Source of the DNA: Candidatus Dojkabacteria bacterium | GTDB lineage: Bacteria > Patescibacteriota > Dojkabacteria > J137 | Direction of reading: 5' to 3' | DNA: 64,000 nt | NCBI GenBank assembly: GCA_025999215.1 | Contig: AP024679.1 | Coordinates: forward strand, 633,924 to 697,923 | Shown: one piece after another, positions 17,956 to 29,648 of the stretch | How positions within the stretch are numbered: the first letter of the stretch is position 1 | How the letters are laid out: each line of letters opens with the position of its first letter | Position numbers and translations under genes: made by a program | The notes under the pieces: generated by a model | What the model was told of the DNA's origin: nothing | Databases searched by the model: none | Seen by the model: the letters and a program-made list of their open reading frames with translations, nothing else

Positions 17956-19208
17956 TATTTTTAATTGATTGCAACAATTTTTATACAAGCTGTGAAGAAA
18001 TTTTTAATCCAAAACTCAAAAATTTTCCTTGCGTTGTACTATCAAGTAATGATGGGTGTGTAGTTGCGCGCTCTAGGCTTGCTAAGCAAATTGGTATTCC
18101 TATGGGCATTCCTGTTTTTAAAATTAGAAATCTTATAGAAAACTACAATGTGCAATTGTTTTCTGCAAACTTCAGTTTGTATGGTGATATTTCAAACCGA
18201 GTTATGCAAACTATTAAAACATTTGGTTTTGAAATTGAACAATATTCAATAGATGAAGCATTTGTTTATGTAGACGAGAAGCTAGATTTTCAAAAATTAG
18301 CTTTTGATATGCAAAAAAAAATCAAACAATGGTGCGGCATTCCTGTATCAATAGGTATAGCTCCCACAAAAACTCTTGCTAAATTAGCAAACTATCATGC
18401 CAAAAAATTTTCTGAAAAAAATATTTCTTACATTGATAATATCTATAGCCGCCAATGGTCTAACTTTTTTAAAAACTCGGCAATAACTGAAGTTTGGGGT
18501 ATAGGTTACAGAAACACTATTAGACTCAATAAAATTGGAATTTATACTTTGTTTGATTTCTTAAACGCAGATAGACTTGTAATTAAAAAAACTTTAGGAA
18601 TCAATGGCGTTAGAACTCAAATGGAATTGAAAGGAATTCCAACAATTTCAAAAGAAAGTTTTCAAACATCTAAATCTATTGTTACATCACGCTCTTTTGG
18701 AAAAAATATAACTAGTCTTAATGAGTTAAAAGAGACTGTATCTACTTTTGCCAACAATGTAAGTATCAAGTTACGCAAACAAAATGCTCTGGCAAGCTAC
18801 GTTTTTGTTGTAATTTATACCAACAAATTTAGTTCAAAATCCAAGCAATACTACGCCAAAGATTTCATTGCTCTTGATTCTCCCACAAACAGCAGTCAAA
18901 TTTTGATAGATAACGCAATAAAAATCTTAGAAAAAATATACAAAAAAGGTTATGAATACAAAAAGTCCATGGTTGGTGTATGGGGTATTTTTCCAAGTGG
19001 ATTTGAACCTAAAACATTATTCGATGATAAAAATAATTTGAAACTAAAAAATTTGGATGAAGCTATAGATAAAATAAATTTGAAAATCAAAAAAGACGGG
19101 ATAAAATATGCAGTTATGGGATTAGAATCAAAATGGATTCCTAAATCAAATATGAAAAGTTCAAAATATACTACTAATTGGAATGAAATATTGGAAATAA
19201 AGATTTGA
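17952..19208 (+). CDS. umuC: Y-family DNA polymerase UmuC (Pol V catalytic subunit)
   Basis: N-terminal FLIDCNNFYTSCEEIFNP, typical UmuC/DinB palm motifs, 418 aa. Confidence 0.85.
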   Translation: MIFLIDCNNFYTSCEEIFNPKLKNFPCVVLSSNDGCVVARSRLAKQIGIPMGIPVFKIRNLIENYNVQLFSANFSLYGDISNRVMQTIKTFGFEIEQYSIDEAFVYVDEKLDFQKLAFDMQKKIKQWCGIPVSIGIAPTKTLAKLANYHAKKFSEKNISYIDNIYSRQWSNFFKNSAITEVWGIGYRNTIRLNKIGIYTLFDFLNADRLVIKKTLGINGVRTQMELKGIPTISKESFQTSKSIVTSRSFGKNITSLNELKETVSTFANNVSIKLRKQNALASYVFVVIYTNKFSSKSKQYYAKDFIALDSPTNSSQILIDNAIKILEKIYKKGYEYKKSMVGVWGIFPSGFEPKTLFDDKNNLKLKNLDEAIDKINLKIKKDGIKYAVMGLESKWIPKSNMKSSKYTTNWNEILEIKI

Positions 19209-19238
19209 AAATTTAATAATAAACTGTATAATGGTATC

Positions 19239-19577
19239 ATGAATGCTTTACAAATTGTCGGTATTGTAATATCTATAGTACTTAGTCTGTTTGGAATAAT
19301 TGTTCCTAAATCTGTTTCAAAATTTTTGGGTTTAAATTCTGAAGATAGACGAGGAGATATAGAAATAATGGCAACTTATGGAGGATTTTTTCTGGGATTA
19401 AGCATTACTGCTCTAGTGCTAAATTCAAGCGCCGCATTTGACACACTAGCTGGTGGCTGGGTTGGCGCAGGAATTGTTAGATTAATCGCTATTGGAAAAT
19501 ACAAAAAGTTCTACCCTATTTCAATAGTTTTAGTAGGCTTTGAATTATTGGTTGGTGCTATATTGTTTCTAGCTTGA
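19239..19577 (+). CDS. Small hypothetical membrane protein
   Basis: 112 aa with three hydrophobic helices. Confidence 0.4.
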   Translation: MNALQIVGIVISIVLSLFGIIVPKSVSKFLGLNSEDRRGDIEIMATYGGFFLGLSITALVLNSSAAFDTLAGGWVGAGIVRLIAIGKYKKFYPISIVLVGFELLVGAILFLA

Positions 19578-19656
19578 CAATTTTGACAAGAAAGATTTAT
19601 CATTTCGTGTCAAATTGATTAAATTCAATTAAATTTATTTTTAAAAATTTTTTAAT

Positions 19657-22352
19657 ATGGACAACTCTAGGTTCTAGAGAAAGTATTTCAAAGTTTAGTT
19701 TGTTTTTTGCAAACTCTTGGCGGTTTAGTTTGCTTACTATTACTCGCTATAGTTCCTTAGGATCACTCTCTTACACTACATTTTTACAAAGAGAAGGTTT
19801 TCCTGAAGTAGAAGTTCCTGTAGTTGTTATAAATGTACAAAACTTTACAAATGATTTAGAAAAAAATAATAAGGAATTAACAATACCTATAGAGCAAGCT
19901 TTGAAAGAAGTTTCAATAATGGAATCTTTCCAATCGACTACAACTCCAGTTGGTTCTTTTATAATAGCAAACGTTTCACCAGAGTTTTCTTCTGATGATG
20001 CTTTAAAAATAATAAAAGATGAAATTAGCGAACAAGTAACTTTGCCTGAAACTTCAAAAATCGATTATCAAACTTTTAGAGCTGGTTCAATTGATGGTAC
20101 TCATGATCTACTTTTCTCTATCACAAATGATTCAAAAAGCATTGTAGAAATGCAAAATGATGCACAAATTGTTGCAAGTGAGCTTGCAAGCCTAAATGAA
20201 GTGAGAGAGGCTAATGTGATAGAACAGATTACAAAAGAAGTAGATTCTTCCGGAAATGAATTTTTTTATCAATCACAGTTTCAGAGAGTTGGTTTAAAAA
20301 ACAGTGATGGAAGTATAGAGTTTAAAAATGCAGTAAATATTGGTGTAGTTAAAAGAAATCAAAATGTAGGAACTATAGAGCTATCTGAAGCTGTAAGAGG
20401 AAAAGTAAACGATTTAGTTGAAGACGGAGTTTTGAGCGGTTATGAGATCAATTACGGTGGAGATTTTGCTGAACCTTTAAAATCACAGATATCATCACTT
20501 GAACAAAATGCTTTAAGTGGACTTATTGCTGTAATTATAATCTCGTTTATTTTTATTAGTTGGCGATCGTCTTTAATTACTGGTTTGTTTATACCTGTAG
20601 TAATGGCAAGCACTTTTATGGCTTTGTTTGTGATGGGTTACAGCCTAAATATAATTTCACTTTTTGCATTAATATTGGTATTGGGATTACTAGTTGATGA
20701 TGTGATAATCGTTGTTGAAGCAATTGCCAAAAAACGTGAAGAAGGTTTGGAAAGGAAAGAAGCTATCAAAGAAGCAATAAAAGACATTGGACCTGCTGAT
20801 ATTTCCGGAACAATCACAACAATTTTGGTATTCATGCCTATGCTTTTTATCTCTGGTATTTTAGGCGATTTTATTGTATTAATTCCTGTTACAGTGATAA
20901 TGACTTTGATTTTCTCTTTATTAATAGCTTTATCGCTTTTCCCAATGTTGTCATCATGGGTTTTACCTAAAGGTGATGTTAGTCAAAAGAAATTTGGTAA
21001 GGTACTTAACTTTTCAAGTAGATTTATTAACAAGCTTGGAGTATATGTTTCAAAATATACCAATTGGTACTTGAATTCTAAAATTAAAACAACTGTGGTC
21101 GCAATTCTTGGAATAGTACTTGTGGGAGTTGGGATGAATTTTGCAGGAAGATTAGATTTCAATATTTTTCCTAAAGCTAAAGACTCAGATTCAATTTTCG
21201 TAAATATTACCTATTTACCTGGTACTGATATAGAAAAAGCTAAATCAATTGCTACCGATGTAGAAAATATAATTCTTAACAATTTAGATCAATCTAACAT
21301 TGAATACTTAACTTATTATATTGCTGATGATACTCAAGCTAACTCTAGCTGATACAACTTACTCCTATTGGCTCACGTGATGAAACTGCTATTGATATTG
21401 AAACCAAACTCAATGAGTAAATTAAGAGAATTTAGTGATGCTATTAGTTTCAGCAGAGTCATCTCAAGCGGGTCCTCCATCTTCAGAGTATCAATTTTTC
21501 GCTCAAATATATTCAAATGATTCACAGGTTCTGCAGAACCGCAAGTAGTGAATTAGTTGACATTTTTAGAAATCACAGAATATAAATGGCGTAACTGTTA
21601 CAGATACTTTTGTAACTGGTTTAGATCGATTAACCAAAAAGGATGGAAGAAGATTTGCTGAAGTTAAGGCAAAACTTAGTGATACTCTCGATACTGCTGT
21701 TGTCCTTGAACTTGAAAATAAAGTATTGGAAAATTTTAACGAACAAAAATTGCAGACATCTAGGTTTGATGAAAACTCTATAGAGTTTGATAAAGGACAA
21801 GAAAGTGAAAATTTAGAATCATTTAACTCAGCAATTTTTGCCTTTGGATTCTCTTTGATAATGATGTATGCGCTTTATTGGTGTTACAATTTAATTCCTT
21901 TTCTCAACCTTTGCTAGTTATGTTTGCTATACCATTGACATTTGCAGGTCTATTCCCAGGCTTATATTTTACTAATAATCCATTAAGCTTTTTTGTTATG
22001 ATTGGAGTTATTGGGCTTTCAGGTATTGTTGTTAATAACACTATAATGCTTGTTGACTTTGCTAATCAGTCAAGAGCGAAAGGTCAGAAATATAAAAGTA
22101 TCAATTACTAAAGCTATTCAAGAAAGATTTAGACCATTAGTAACAACATCCTTTACAACTGTGGTAGGACTAATTCCTTTAGCTCTAAACGATCCGTTCT
22201 GGGAGGGTTTGGCGTTTAGCATTGTTTTTGGACTAATTGCAAGCACCACTCTTGTTATCTTTGTTTTCCCGTCATATTATGTGATGGTAGAAAGAACACG
22301 AGAATTACGAAATAAATTGTTCGAAAAAATTAGTAACTTGGTTACAAATTAA
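19657..22352 (+). pseudogene. RND-family efflux transporter (AcrB/HAE-like) pseudogene, in at least four fragments
   Basis: Fragments at 19700-21352, 21726-21917, 21878-22111 and 22050-22352 each carry RND transmembrane motifs (LLVDDVIIVVEAI; PLTFAGLFPGLYF; PFWEGLAFSIVFGLIASTTL). Stops and frame changes occur in the N-terminal region and between 21353 and 22050. Confidence 0.7.
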
Positions 22353-22371
22353 AATTAAAGCATCAAAATAA

Positions 22372-23648
22372 ATGTTCAAATGCAAAAATTGTCAAAAGGA
22401 ATATTCTAAGTGGCAGGGAAAGTGTGATTCTTGTTTGGAATGGAATACTTTAGTTGAAGATTTTGATGAGTTCAACCAAAAATAGAAAAGACTTAAAAAA
22501 ACTAGAAATTGTTGATCTTGATAGCGTTAGTTCAAACTTCAAACAAAAGTTGGTTACTGAAATTTATGAGTTTGATCAAGCTCTGGGTGGGGGAATAACT
22601 CTTAGGTCAAGCAATTTTACTTGCAGGGTCACCAGGTATAGGAAAAAGTACACTTCTTTTATTAATTGCAAAACAATTAAAAACTAAGAAAGACATTTTA
22701 TATATTGCGGGTGAAGAATCGGTTGAGCAAATAAAAACAAGAGCTGTTCGGTTAGGTGAAGATTTTAAAAATCTTAAATTTATTCAAAACACTAACATAG
22801 AGAGTATTGAAAATTTTATAGTAAAGAACCATTCTTCGTTTTCACTAATTTTGGTTGATTCTATTCAAACGCTTTTTAGTCATGAAGTATCTTCGCCAGC
22901 GGGATCAATATCTCAGGTTACAACTTCAGCAGATAAATTAGTTCATCTTGCTAAAGGTTTCAATATTCCAATAATAATTGTTGGGCATATTACAAAAACA
23001 GGTAATATTGCTGGTCCAAAAACTCTTGAACACTTGGTAGATACAGTACTTTATTTTGAGGGTGATAAAAAACATGAGTTTAGAATACTACGAGTAGAGA
23101 AAAACCGTTTTGGTCCAACAGATTTGGTTGGTTTATTTAAAATGACGGAAAGTGGTTTAAAGGAAGTTAAAGACACAAAAGAGTTATTTCAACCTAAACA
23201 AGCACCAGCAATTGGTTCAGTTTTTACAGTTGCAATTGAAGGTAACAGACCTATAGTTTTAGAAGTGCAGGCTTTGTGCACAAAGTCATATTTTGAAATA
23301 CCACGAAGAACTACATCGGGATTTGAAAAAGCTAGACTAAATATTATTCTTGCACTTTTAGATAAAATTCTGAAATTAAAAACTTATGCATATGACGTTT
23401 ATGTAAATATAACTGGTGGATTAAACATCAAAGATCCAGGAATTGATTTAGCTGTTTTGAAAGCTATTATTTCAAGCATTAAAAATGAACCTGTTGATCC
23501 TAAAAATTTGTATTTTGGAGAAGTTGGTTTGACTGGCGAAATTCGTAAAGTAATGTTTCAAGAAAAAAGAACAAAAGAAGCCAAAAAATTAGGTTTTCAA
23601 AAAATTATTTGTTCAGATTACGTTCAGCAAATTAAAAATCTCGTTTGA
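22372..23648 (+). CDS. radA: DNA repair protein RadA/Sms, interrupted by two apparent 1-nt frameshifts (near 22470 and 22600)
   Basis: Zinc ribbon (CKNCQKEYSKWQGKCDSCLEWN), Walker A in a shifted frame (LLAGSPGIGKSTLLL), KNRFG motif and a Lon-like C-terminal domain. Removing one A from ctt-a-gg restores LGQAILLAG. Confidence 0.75.
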
Positions 23649-24576
23649 TGGCATCCTCAATTTTAGTATCTTCCCAATTAAAACTAAAATTTAATAATTT
23701 TTGTGGAACAACTTTTTGACTTGATAACAAAAACACATTTGTTTTTTCTTTGCCAAAAATTAAATATAGAAACAGCTTTGGTATTTTTACTGTAAAATAG
23801 CATTTATAATAATTTTTTAGAGATTTAATTAGTGCTTCTTGAGTAATAGTGTAAGGGTTAACTAAATTAACTGCACCTTCTATTTTCTCGTTTTGAATTA
23901 TAAACAAAATGGCTCTAGACAAGTCATATAAAGAAATCCAAGATATTTTATTTTTTCCATTGCCGAGTATTGCTAAAAACTTTAAAAACTTGGTTTTAGT
24001 TAACTCTTTCAAAATACCTCCTCCATTACCCATCACTATTCCAAAACGAGTAAAAACAACTCTAGTTTGAGAATTTACAACAACAGATTTTTCCCAATCC
24101 TGACAAACTTTTGATAAAAAATCTCCGTCAAAACTTGAATTTTCATAAGCCTTTTCAATTTGACTCCCATAAATACCTATTGCACTAGTTGATATAAATA
24201 AATCCAATTTTTTGTCTTTAAAAATTTCACTCAAAAATTTAGTAGTATTAATTCTTGAAGTATAAATCTCATTCTTTACATTTTTAGTCCATCTGAGGTT
24301 TTTACTTAAACTTGCACCAGATAAATTTATAACACATGAGATTTTTGAATTGTTAAGTTTGTTGGTATCGATAAATTGTTTACTTGGATCCCACTCGATC
24401 TCAAAATCATTTTGAGGTTTTCTTCTAACAAGTTTATAAATTTCAAAACCATGAGATTCCAGAAATTTAGATAGGTAACCACCAACAAACCCACTAGCTC
24501 CTGCAATTAAAATTTTATAATTTGAATCTGTATTTAACTTTGCTATTGTCATACATTGTAATAATTGTTCCCTCAA
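23632..24576 (-). CDS. YfcH-like NAD-dependent epimerase/dehydratase family protein (TIGR01777)
   Basis: N-terminal ILIAGASGFVGGYL Rossmann motif and a DUF1731-like C-terminus. Confidence 0.65.
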   Translation of the reverse strand: MREQLLQCMTIAKLNTDSNYKILIAGASGFVGGYLSKFLESHGFEIYKLVRRKPQNDFEIEWDPSKQFIDTNKLNNSKISCVINLSGASLSKNLRWTKNVKNEIYTSRINTTKFLSEIFKDKKLDLFISTSAIGIYGSQIEKAYENSSFDGDFLSKVCQDWEKSVVVNSQTRVVFTRFGIVMGNGGGILKELTKTKFLKFLAILGNGKNKISWISLYDLSRAILFIIQNEKIEGAVNLVNPYTITQEALIKSLKNYYKCYFTVKIPKLFLYLIFGKEKTNVFLLSSQKVVPQKLLNFSFNWEDTKIEDAIKRDF

Positions 24577-25189
24577 TTAACATATGTTGTTGTAATCCAG
24601 TCGTATTAGCGCCCAAGTTAATAAATTGGTTGGAAATATCTAATTCTTGAAGATGACTATGTCCGCAAACAAGAATTTCATCTTTTTGGAGATTTTGTTT
24701 AGCCCAGGCTTTCATATCATTATTCATTTTTTGATAAAAAGTTTTAATAAATTTTTTGTTCGTAATATAAATTATAAAGCTTATAAATTTACTCATTATT
24801 TTCCTTAACAATTTATATTTCACTACAAACGAATGAAATGAATTTAGATATCGCACAACATTGTGTCCATGAGTAATGTAAAGAGTTTTTTTACCTACTT
24901 TTAACTTATATTGATTTAAAATTTTAACATGAAGTATTTTTTCCGCATTTTTTGGTGTTTCTTCATCATGATTTCCAAGAATATAAATAACTTCTTTTTT
25001 TTCAAATGTACTCAAAAGCCCTTTCCATTGCGATTTAATGAACTTTTGAAACGTAGTTTTTCCATCATCCCAAAAATCACCATTAATTATTATCCGATCA
25101 GCATCTTCAAACAAATTTTTTAAAACTACATATTTTTGTTTGCTAAATGCCTTTCCTAAATGTGTATCAGAAATTATTAATGTCTTCAT
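24515..25189 (-). CDS. Calcineurin-like metallophosphoesterase
   Basis: MKTLIISDTHLG...NGDFWDDG...GNHDE motifs. Confidence 0.65.
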   Translation of the reverse strand: MKTLIISDTHLGKAFSKQKYVVLKNLFEDADRIIINGDFWDDGKTTFQKFIKSQWKGLLSTFEKKEVIYILGNHDEETPKNAEKILHVKILNQYKLKVGKKTLYITHGHNVVRYLNSFHSFVVKYKLLRKIMSKFISFIIYITNKKFIKTFYQKMNNDMKAWAKQNLQKDEILVCGHSHLQELDISNQFINLGANTTGLQQHMLIEGTIITMYDNSKVKYRFKL

Positions 25190-25195
25190 AATATT

Positions 25196-27550
25196 TTACC
25201 ACTTCCAATTTTTGATTTCCGGCATATCGTCGCCATGCTCAAAAATATATTTTTTGTGTTGATTAATTTTATTTGCTAAATAAGTTATTGCTTCATCCTT
25301 TTGGGCGTTGATCTTAGAGTTAATTTCTGAAGCTTTTTCTATTGCTTGAATAGCTATATGGAATCTACTTGTACCGTTTAAAACTTGCATGTCAAATGGC
25401 GTTGTGGTTGTTCCTTCCTCTCTGTATCCTAGTATCGTTAATCTGTTTGAGATTTCATGCCCCCAAGTCAACTGCTTTATTACCTCTGGATAACCATGAA
25501 AATTTAAAATTATGGGTTTATCTTTTGTAAAATATGCATTTAATTCATCATTATTCAAAACTTTGCTTTTGTCATTTCCAATTCCAAGAGGAGTGATTTC
25601 ATTTAAATTCACATACCTCAATTTTATTTCTGGAATTAAATTTTTAAGTATAGAAATAGCAGCTAAAGTTTCAACTGTTTGGTAATCTCCAACACTCGCC
25701 AAAACAATATCTATCTCTGACTCATCACTTGCAGTGCTTGCCCAATCCCAAATACTCAAACCCTTTGCTACATGTTTCCTTGCTTCTTCTTGTGTCAACC
25801 ATTGTGGATTGTCTCTTTTACCAATTACAATTAAATTTACTCTATCATAATCAGTTAAGCATTCACTGAACGTAAAAAGCGCAATATTTGCATCTGCTGG
25901 AAAATAAACACTAGCGCAATCTCCTTGTTTTGTAATTAAATTATTGATTAATGATGGATTTTGATGCGTAAAACCATTATGATCTTGCCGCCAAGCTGTA
26001 CTCGTTGAAATGAAAGTCATCGCTGGTATACTTCGCCTCCAACTAATGTTTTTAGCTTGTTTAACATATTTAAGAAACTGATCAATTTGAGAAGAAATTA
26101 TGTTCAAAAAAGCTTCATATGATACATACACTCCCCATCTTCCACTCAATACAAAGCCTGTGTACCACTCCATCAAAACATGCTCACTTAAAATCTCCAA
26201 AATTCTTCCGTCTTTTTTAAAATACAAATCATGTTTTTTCAAAGGCCAAATATATTTTCTATTTGTAATTTCAAATAATGGCTCCAATCGATTTGATTCT
26301 GATTCATCAGGAGAAAAAACATAAAAATTATTTTCATTAAATTTAATTATATCCTTCAAAAAATAACTTGCTTTTTCTAAGTTTTTTTCTTTAACTACGC
26401 CTCTGTCTTTTAAATTTAATGTGTGCTCTTCAAGGTTTGGTATGATTAATTTTCTTCTAAAATTAGCATATTTTTGCGTTACAAAACCAAGCTTTAAATT
26501 TTCTTGCTTTGGAATAATGCTCAAAACTTCTTTTTTGGGATTATATTCATCGTCTAGTAATTCGTGTATTCTGTAGCTTTCTAACCAAATTTTTAGTACT
26601 CTAAACTCTTCACTGTCAGTTTTTGGATTATTTAAAGGTATTCCGTGACAATTATTACAATCTTCCAATTTTTTACTTTTACATTCATTTGGTATTCCCC
26701 ATCCCTTTTTTGTCTTTATTACAATAAGTGGCCAAATCGGTTTACTTACTGAATATGTACTCCAGTTTTTCTTAATTTTTATAATTTTTTCGTATGATTT
26801 TAACAATGCTTGAATTAAATCAATATAAACATCACCACCTTCATACTGATCTACCCAAATAACTTCGTAACTTAAACCTTTGAAAAAATACTCTATTTCT
26901 TCTTTTGACATTGTACCCCAAACAGTTGGTCCAGAAATTCTATATCCATTGAGATGAAAAATTGGTAAAACAACTCCATCTGTAATTGGATTTAAAAACT
27001 TATTACTTTGAAAACTAGCCATTAATGGTCCAGTTTCTGCTTCGCCATCTCCAAATACAGCAGCAACTATTAAACCTGGATTATCAAAAGCTATGCCAAA
27101 AGCAGTACCAAGTGAATAACCTAGCTCTCCGCCTTCGTGAATAGTTCCAGGAACTCCAGGGTATGGATGACTTGGGAATCCATTTGGCCAGCTAAATTCT
27201 TTAATCAATCTCGATAAACCTTCTTTATTTGGTAGATATCCATCGCAGTATTCATTCAAAGTTCCCTCTAAAATTAAGTTAGATAAAATTGCTGGCGCTC
27301 CATGACCTGGCCCAATCACTGGTAAAATTTCAACCTGCTCTTTTTGAGCAAGATAATTTAAGCCAGCATAGATAAAATTAAGACCTGGAACCGTTCCCCA
27401 ATGACCTAAAATTCTTTCTTTGATATGATCAGGTTCTAATGTTTCTTCAAGAAAAAAATTATCCTTCAAATACAGCATGGCAGCTGATACATAGTTTGTT
27501 AATCTATGGTAATTTTTAATGTTTTTTAAAAGTATTTGTATATCATTCAT
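25196..27550 (-). CDS. xfp: Xylulose-5-phosphate/fructose-6-phosphate phosphoketolase
   Basis: GHWGTVPGLNFIY, GPGHGAPA and EGGELGYSL signatures; 784 aa. Confidence 0.9.
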   Translation of the reverse strand: MNDIQILLKNIKNYHRLTNYVSAAMLYLKDNFFLEETLEPDHIKERILGHWGTVPGLNFIYAGLNYLAQKEQVEILPVIGPGHGAPAILSNLILEGTLNEYCDGYLPNKEGLSRLIKEFSWPNGFPSHPYPGVPGTIHEGGELGYSLGTAFGIAFDNPGLIVAAVFGDGEAETGPLMASFQSNKFLNPITDGVVLPIFHLNGYRISGPTVWGTMSKEEIEYFFKGLSYEVIWVDQYEGGDVYIDLIQALLKSYEKIIKIKKNWSTYSVSKPIWPLIVIKTKKGWGIPNECKSKKLEDCNNCHGIPLNNPKTDSEEFRVLKIWLESYRIHELLDDEYNPKKEVLSIIPKQENLKLGFVTQKYANFRRKLIIPNLEEHTLNLKDRGVVKEKNLEKASYFLKDIIKFNENNFYVFSPDESESNRLEPLFEITNRKYIWPLKKHDLYFKKDGRILEILSEHVLMEWYTGFVLSGRWGVYVSYEAFLNIISSQIDQFLKYVKQAKNISWRRSIPAMTFISTSTAWRQDHNGFTHQNPSLINNLITKQGDCASVYFPADANIALFTFSECLTDYDRVNLIVIGKRDNPQWLTQEEARKHVAKGLSIWDWASTASDESEIDIVLASVGDYQTVETLAAISILKNLIPEIKLRYVNLNEITPLGIGNDKSKVLNNDELNAYFTKDKPIILNFHGYPEVIKQLTWGHEISNRLTILGYREEGTTTTPFDMQVLNGTSRFHIAIQAIEKASEINSKINAQKDEAITYLANKINQHKKYIFEHGDDMPEIKNWKW

Positions 27551-28791
27551 TTATCTAAATTAACTTTTGTTCTTTTTTTGTAATCTTCCACTTCAGGTTG
27601 ATCAAATGCATTTACATTCAAAAATTTACTTAAAAAGAAAATCTCAAACATCTTACTTTGCATAAAATAACCTAAATCATATTCAATATTTTTATTTTCA
27701 AATTCAATCTCTAAGAAAGGAATGTTGTTGTTTTTAAAACTATCCTTAACGCCATTGTAAATTGCTTGTCTAACTTCTGATAATTTTTGAGTACTAATCT
27801 CACCTACCAAACTACTAAAATCACCCAAATCAAACTTGATATTATTCAAGTTATCAACATAAATAAAATTGTGAAGTTTATCATCCAAACCACCTACAAA
27901 CAATTGTTGCAACGAATGTAAGTCAGTCGTCCCTATCGAGAATAATGGCGTGATCCCTGATCTTTGCATTTCACCACTAATATTATATTTTTTGCCTAAA
28001 CTTTCTGCAATTAGCTGCCTTAACCACTTACCAAGTGTTTCTAACTCAGGAGCAAATAAAAAATTATTTGTGATTTTTCTGTTAAGCTTATAATGATGAT
28101 AATGAATAAGAGCCGAAATTAGAGCGTAGTTTTTAAAATTTTCTAATTTAGAATCTTTAACTGCATCACTAGCACCAGATAAAATTTTTGAAACGTTAAT
28201 TTTTAAAATTTTTAAAGGGAATAATCCAACATTTGAAAAAACAGAAAATCTACCACCCAAAGTTTTGGGAATTTCCAAAACATGAAATTTTTTACTAACA
28301 GCAAATTCCCACAATTTTGAATCAGCATCAGTTGTAACAATTACTCTATCACTTATATTTTTAAATTTTTTTTCCATAGCGTTAAAAACTATAGAACTGT
28401 TAACAATTGTTTCAAGGGTTGTTCCAGATTTGCTAACTATATTTACTAAAACTTGCTCTTTTTCATTTATATTTTTTAATTTTTCATGTAGTAAATTGAT
28501 TTTTGTTTTAGAAAAAGTATCAAACACTATAAAGTCTATACCAGAATTATTTCCCAAAAAATTAATTATCGCTTCAGCACCCAAGTTAGATCCACCAATA
28601 CCAATTAATACAAATAGTTTTAAATTACTAGAATCAATTTCTTTTAAAAAATTATCAAGTTTTTCATTAATATCAAAAAAATCAAGCTCGAATGGTAGGC
28701 TTATTGTGTTTTTTACAATAAGTTTATTTTCATCAATTAAATTTTTTAAAGTTTGCTCATCTAATTGTGAGTTATTAAAATTAAATTTCAT
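27547..28791 (-). CDS. pgi: Glucose-6-phosphate isomerase
   Basis: IGIGGSNLG and SKSGTTLET motifs. Confidence 0.8.
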   Translation of the reverse strand: MKFNFNNSQLDEQTLKNLIDENKLIVKNTISLPFELDFFDINEKLDNFLKEIDSSNLKLFVLIGIGGSNLGAEAIINFLGNNSGIDFIVFDTFSKTKINLLHEKLKNINEKEQVLVNIVSKSGTTLETIVNSSIVFNAMEKKFKNISDRVIVTTDADSKLWEFAVSKKFHVLEIPKTLGGRFSVFSNVGLFPLKILKINVSKILSGASDAVKDSKLENFKNYALISALIHYHHYKLNRKITNNFLFAPELETLGKWLRQLIAESLGKKYNISGEMQRSGITPLFSIGTTDLHSLQQLFVGGLDDKLHNFIYVDNLNNIKFDLGDFSSLVGEISTQKLSEVRQAIYNGVKDSFKNNNIPFLEIEFENKNIEYDLGYFMQSKMFEIFFLSKFLNVNAFDQPEVEDYKKRTKVNLDK

Positions 28792-29648
28792 AGTAAATTA
28801 TTCCAATCATTAGTAAATTTTGTAATACCGTCTATTAAAAATTGATTTTCTAAATTTAGATTTTCTAAACTGTTAGATACTTTCAAGTGATCCAAATCAA
28901 ATTTTTTTAAAGCTATTCTCGATTGTAAAAAATTTTTTTCTGGTTCAAAATTTTGATTTTTTAAAAAATAATCTGCAATTATATCTTTTGGTGCAGTAAT
29001 TAAATCCATTTTCTGATTTAAGAAAAAATTAAATACTTGAAGATTTCTAATACTTGAAGCAAGTATTAAAACATTACTAATTTGATTAATTTGATATAGC
29101 TTTTTTATCTTCAAAACTAAATCAACTCCATCTAAACCTTTATCGTCTAGTCGTCCAACAAATGGAGAAATAAATACGTCGCCTCTTTTGGCATGTTTCG
29201 TTACCAAAGCAACTCCATATGCTTGTTCCAAACTAAACACAAGCGTTATATTAACTTTAATTCCCATACTTACTAATTCTCTTGCAGCTTTTAACCCTTC
29301 TAAATTTGCCGGTACCTTTATGTGTACATTTCTTGCCCAGTGTGACATATTGACACCTTGTTCTACCATTTCATTTGCTTTTGTTTTTAAATCAGCATAT
29401 ACTTCAACTGAAATTGGTTTTCCAGGTAAAATCTCATCAATTTCTTGAACAATTTCTTTATAAAAATTAATTAAATCTCTCGATGTGAGTTTTTGGCCTT
29501 TTTTTAATAACTTAGCCTTAGGATTGGAAGCCACAAGTGATGGATTAGTTGTTTGGCCATCAAGTTTTATCTTTCTATCTAACAATTCTCTTGTTACGTT
29601 TGGATCTCCAGAATCTAAAAATATTTTTGTGTTCATGTTACTCTTCAT
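28788..29648 (-). CDS. tal: Transaldolase family protein
   Basis: KIFLDSGD...GQTTNPSLV and ISPFVGRLDD motifs. Confidence 0.75.
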   Translation of the reverse strand: MKSNMNTKIFLDSGDPNVTRELLDRKIKLDGQTTNPSLVASNPKAKLLKKGQKLTSRDLINFYKEIVQEIDEILPGKPISVEVYADLKTKANEMVEQGVNMSHWARNVHIKVPANLEGLKAARELVSMGIKVNITLVFSLEQAYGVALVTKHAKRGDVFISPFVGRLDDKGLDGVDLVLKIKKLYQINQISNVLILASSIRNLQVFNFFLNQKMDLITAPKDIIADYFLKNQNFEPEKNFLQSRIALKKFDLDHLKVSNSLENLNLENQFLIDGITKFTNDWNNLL

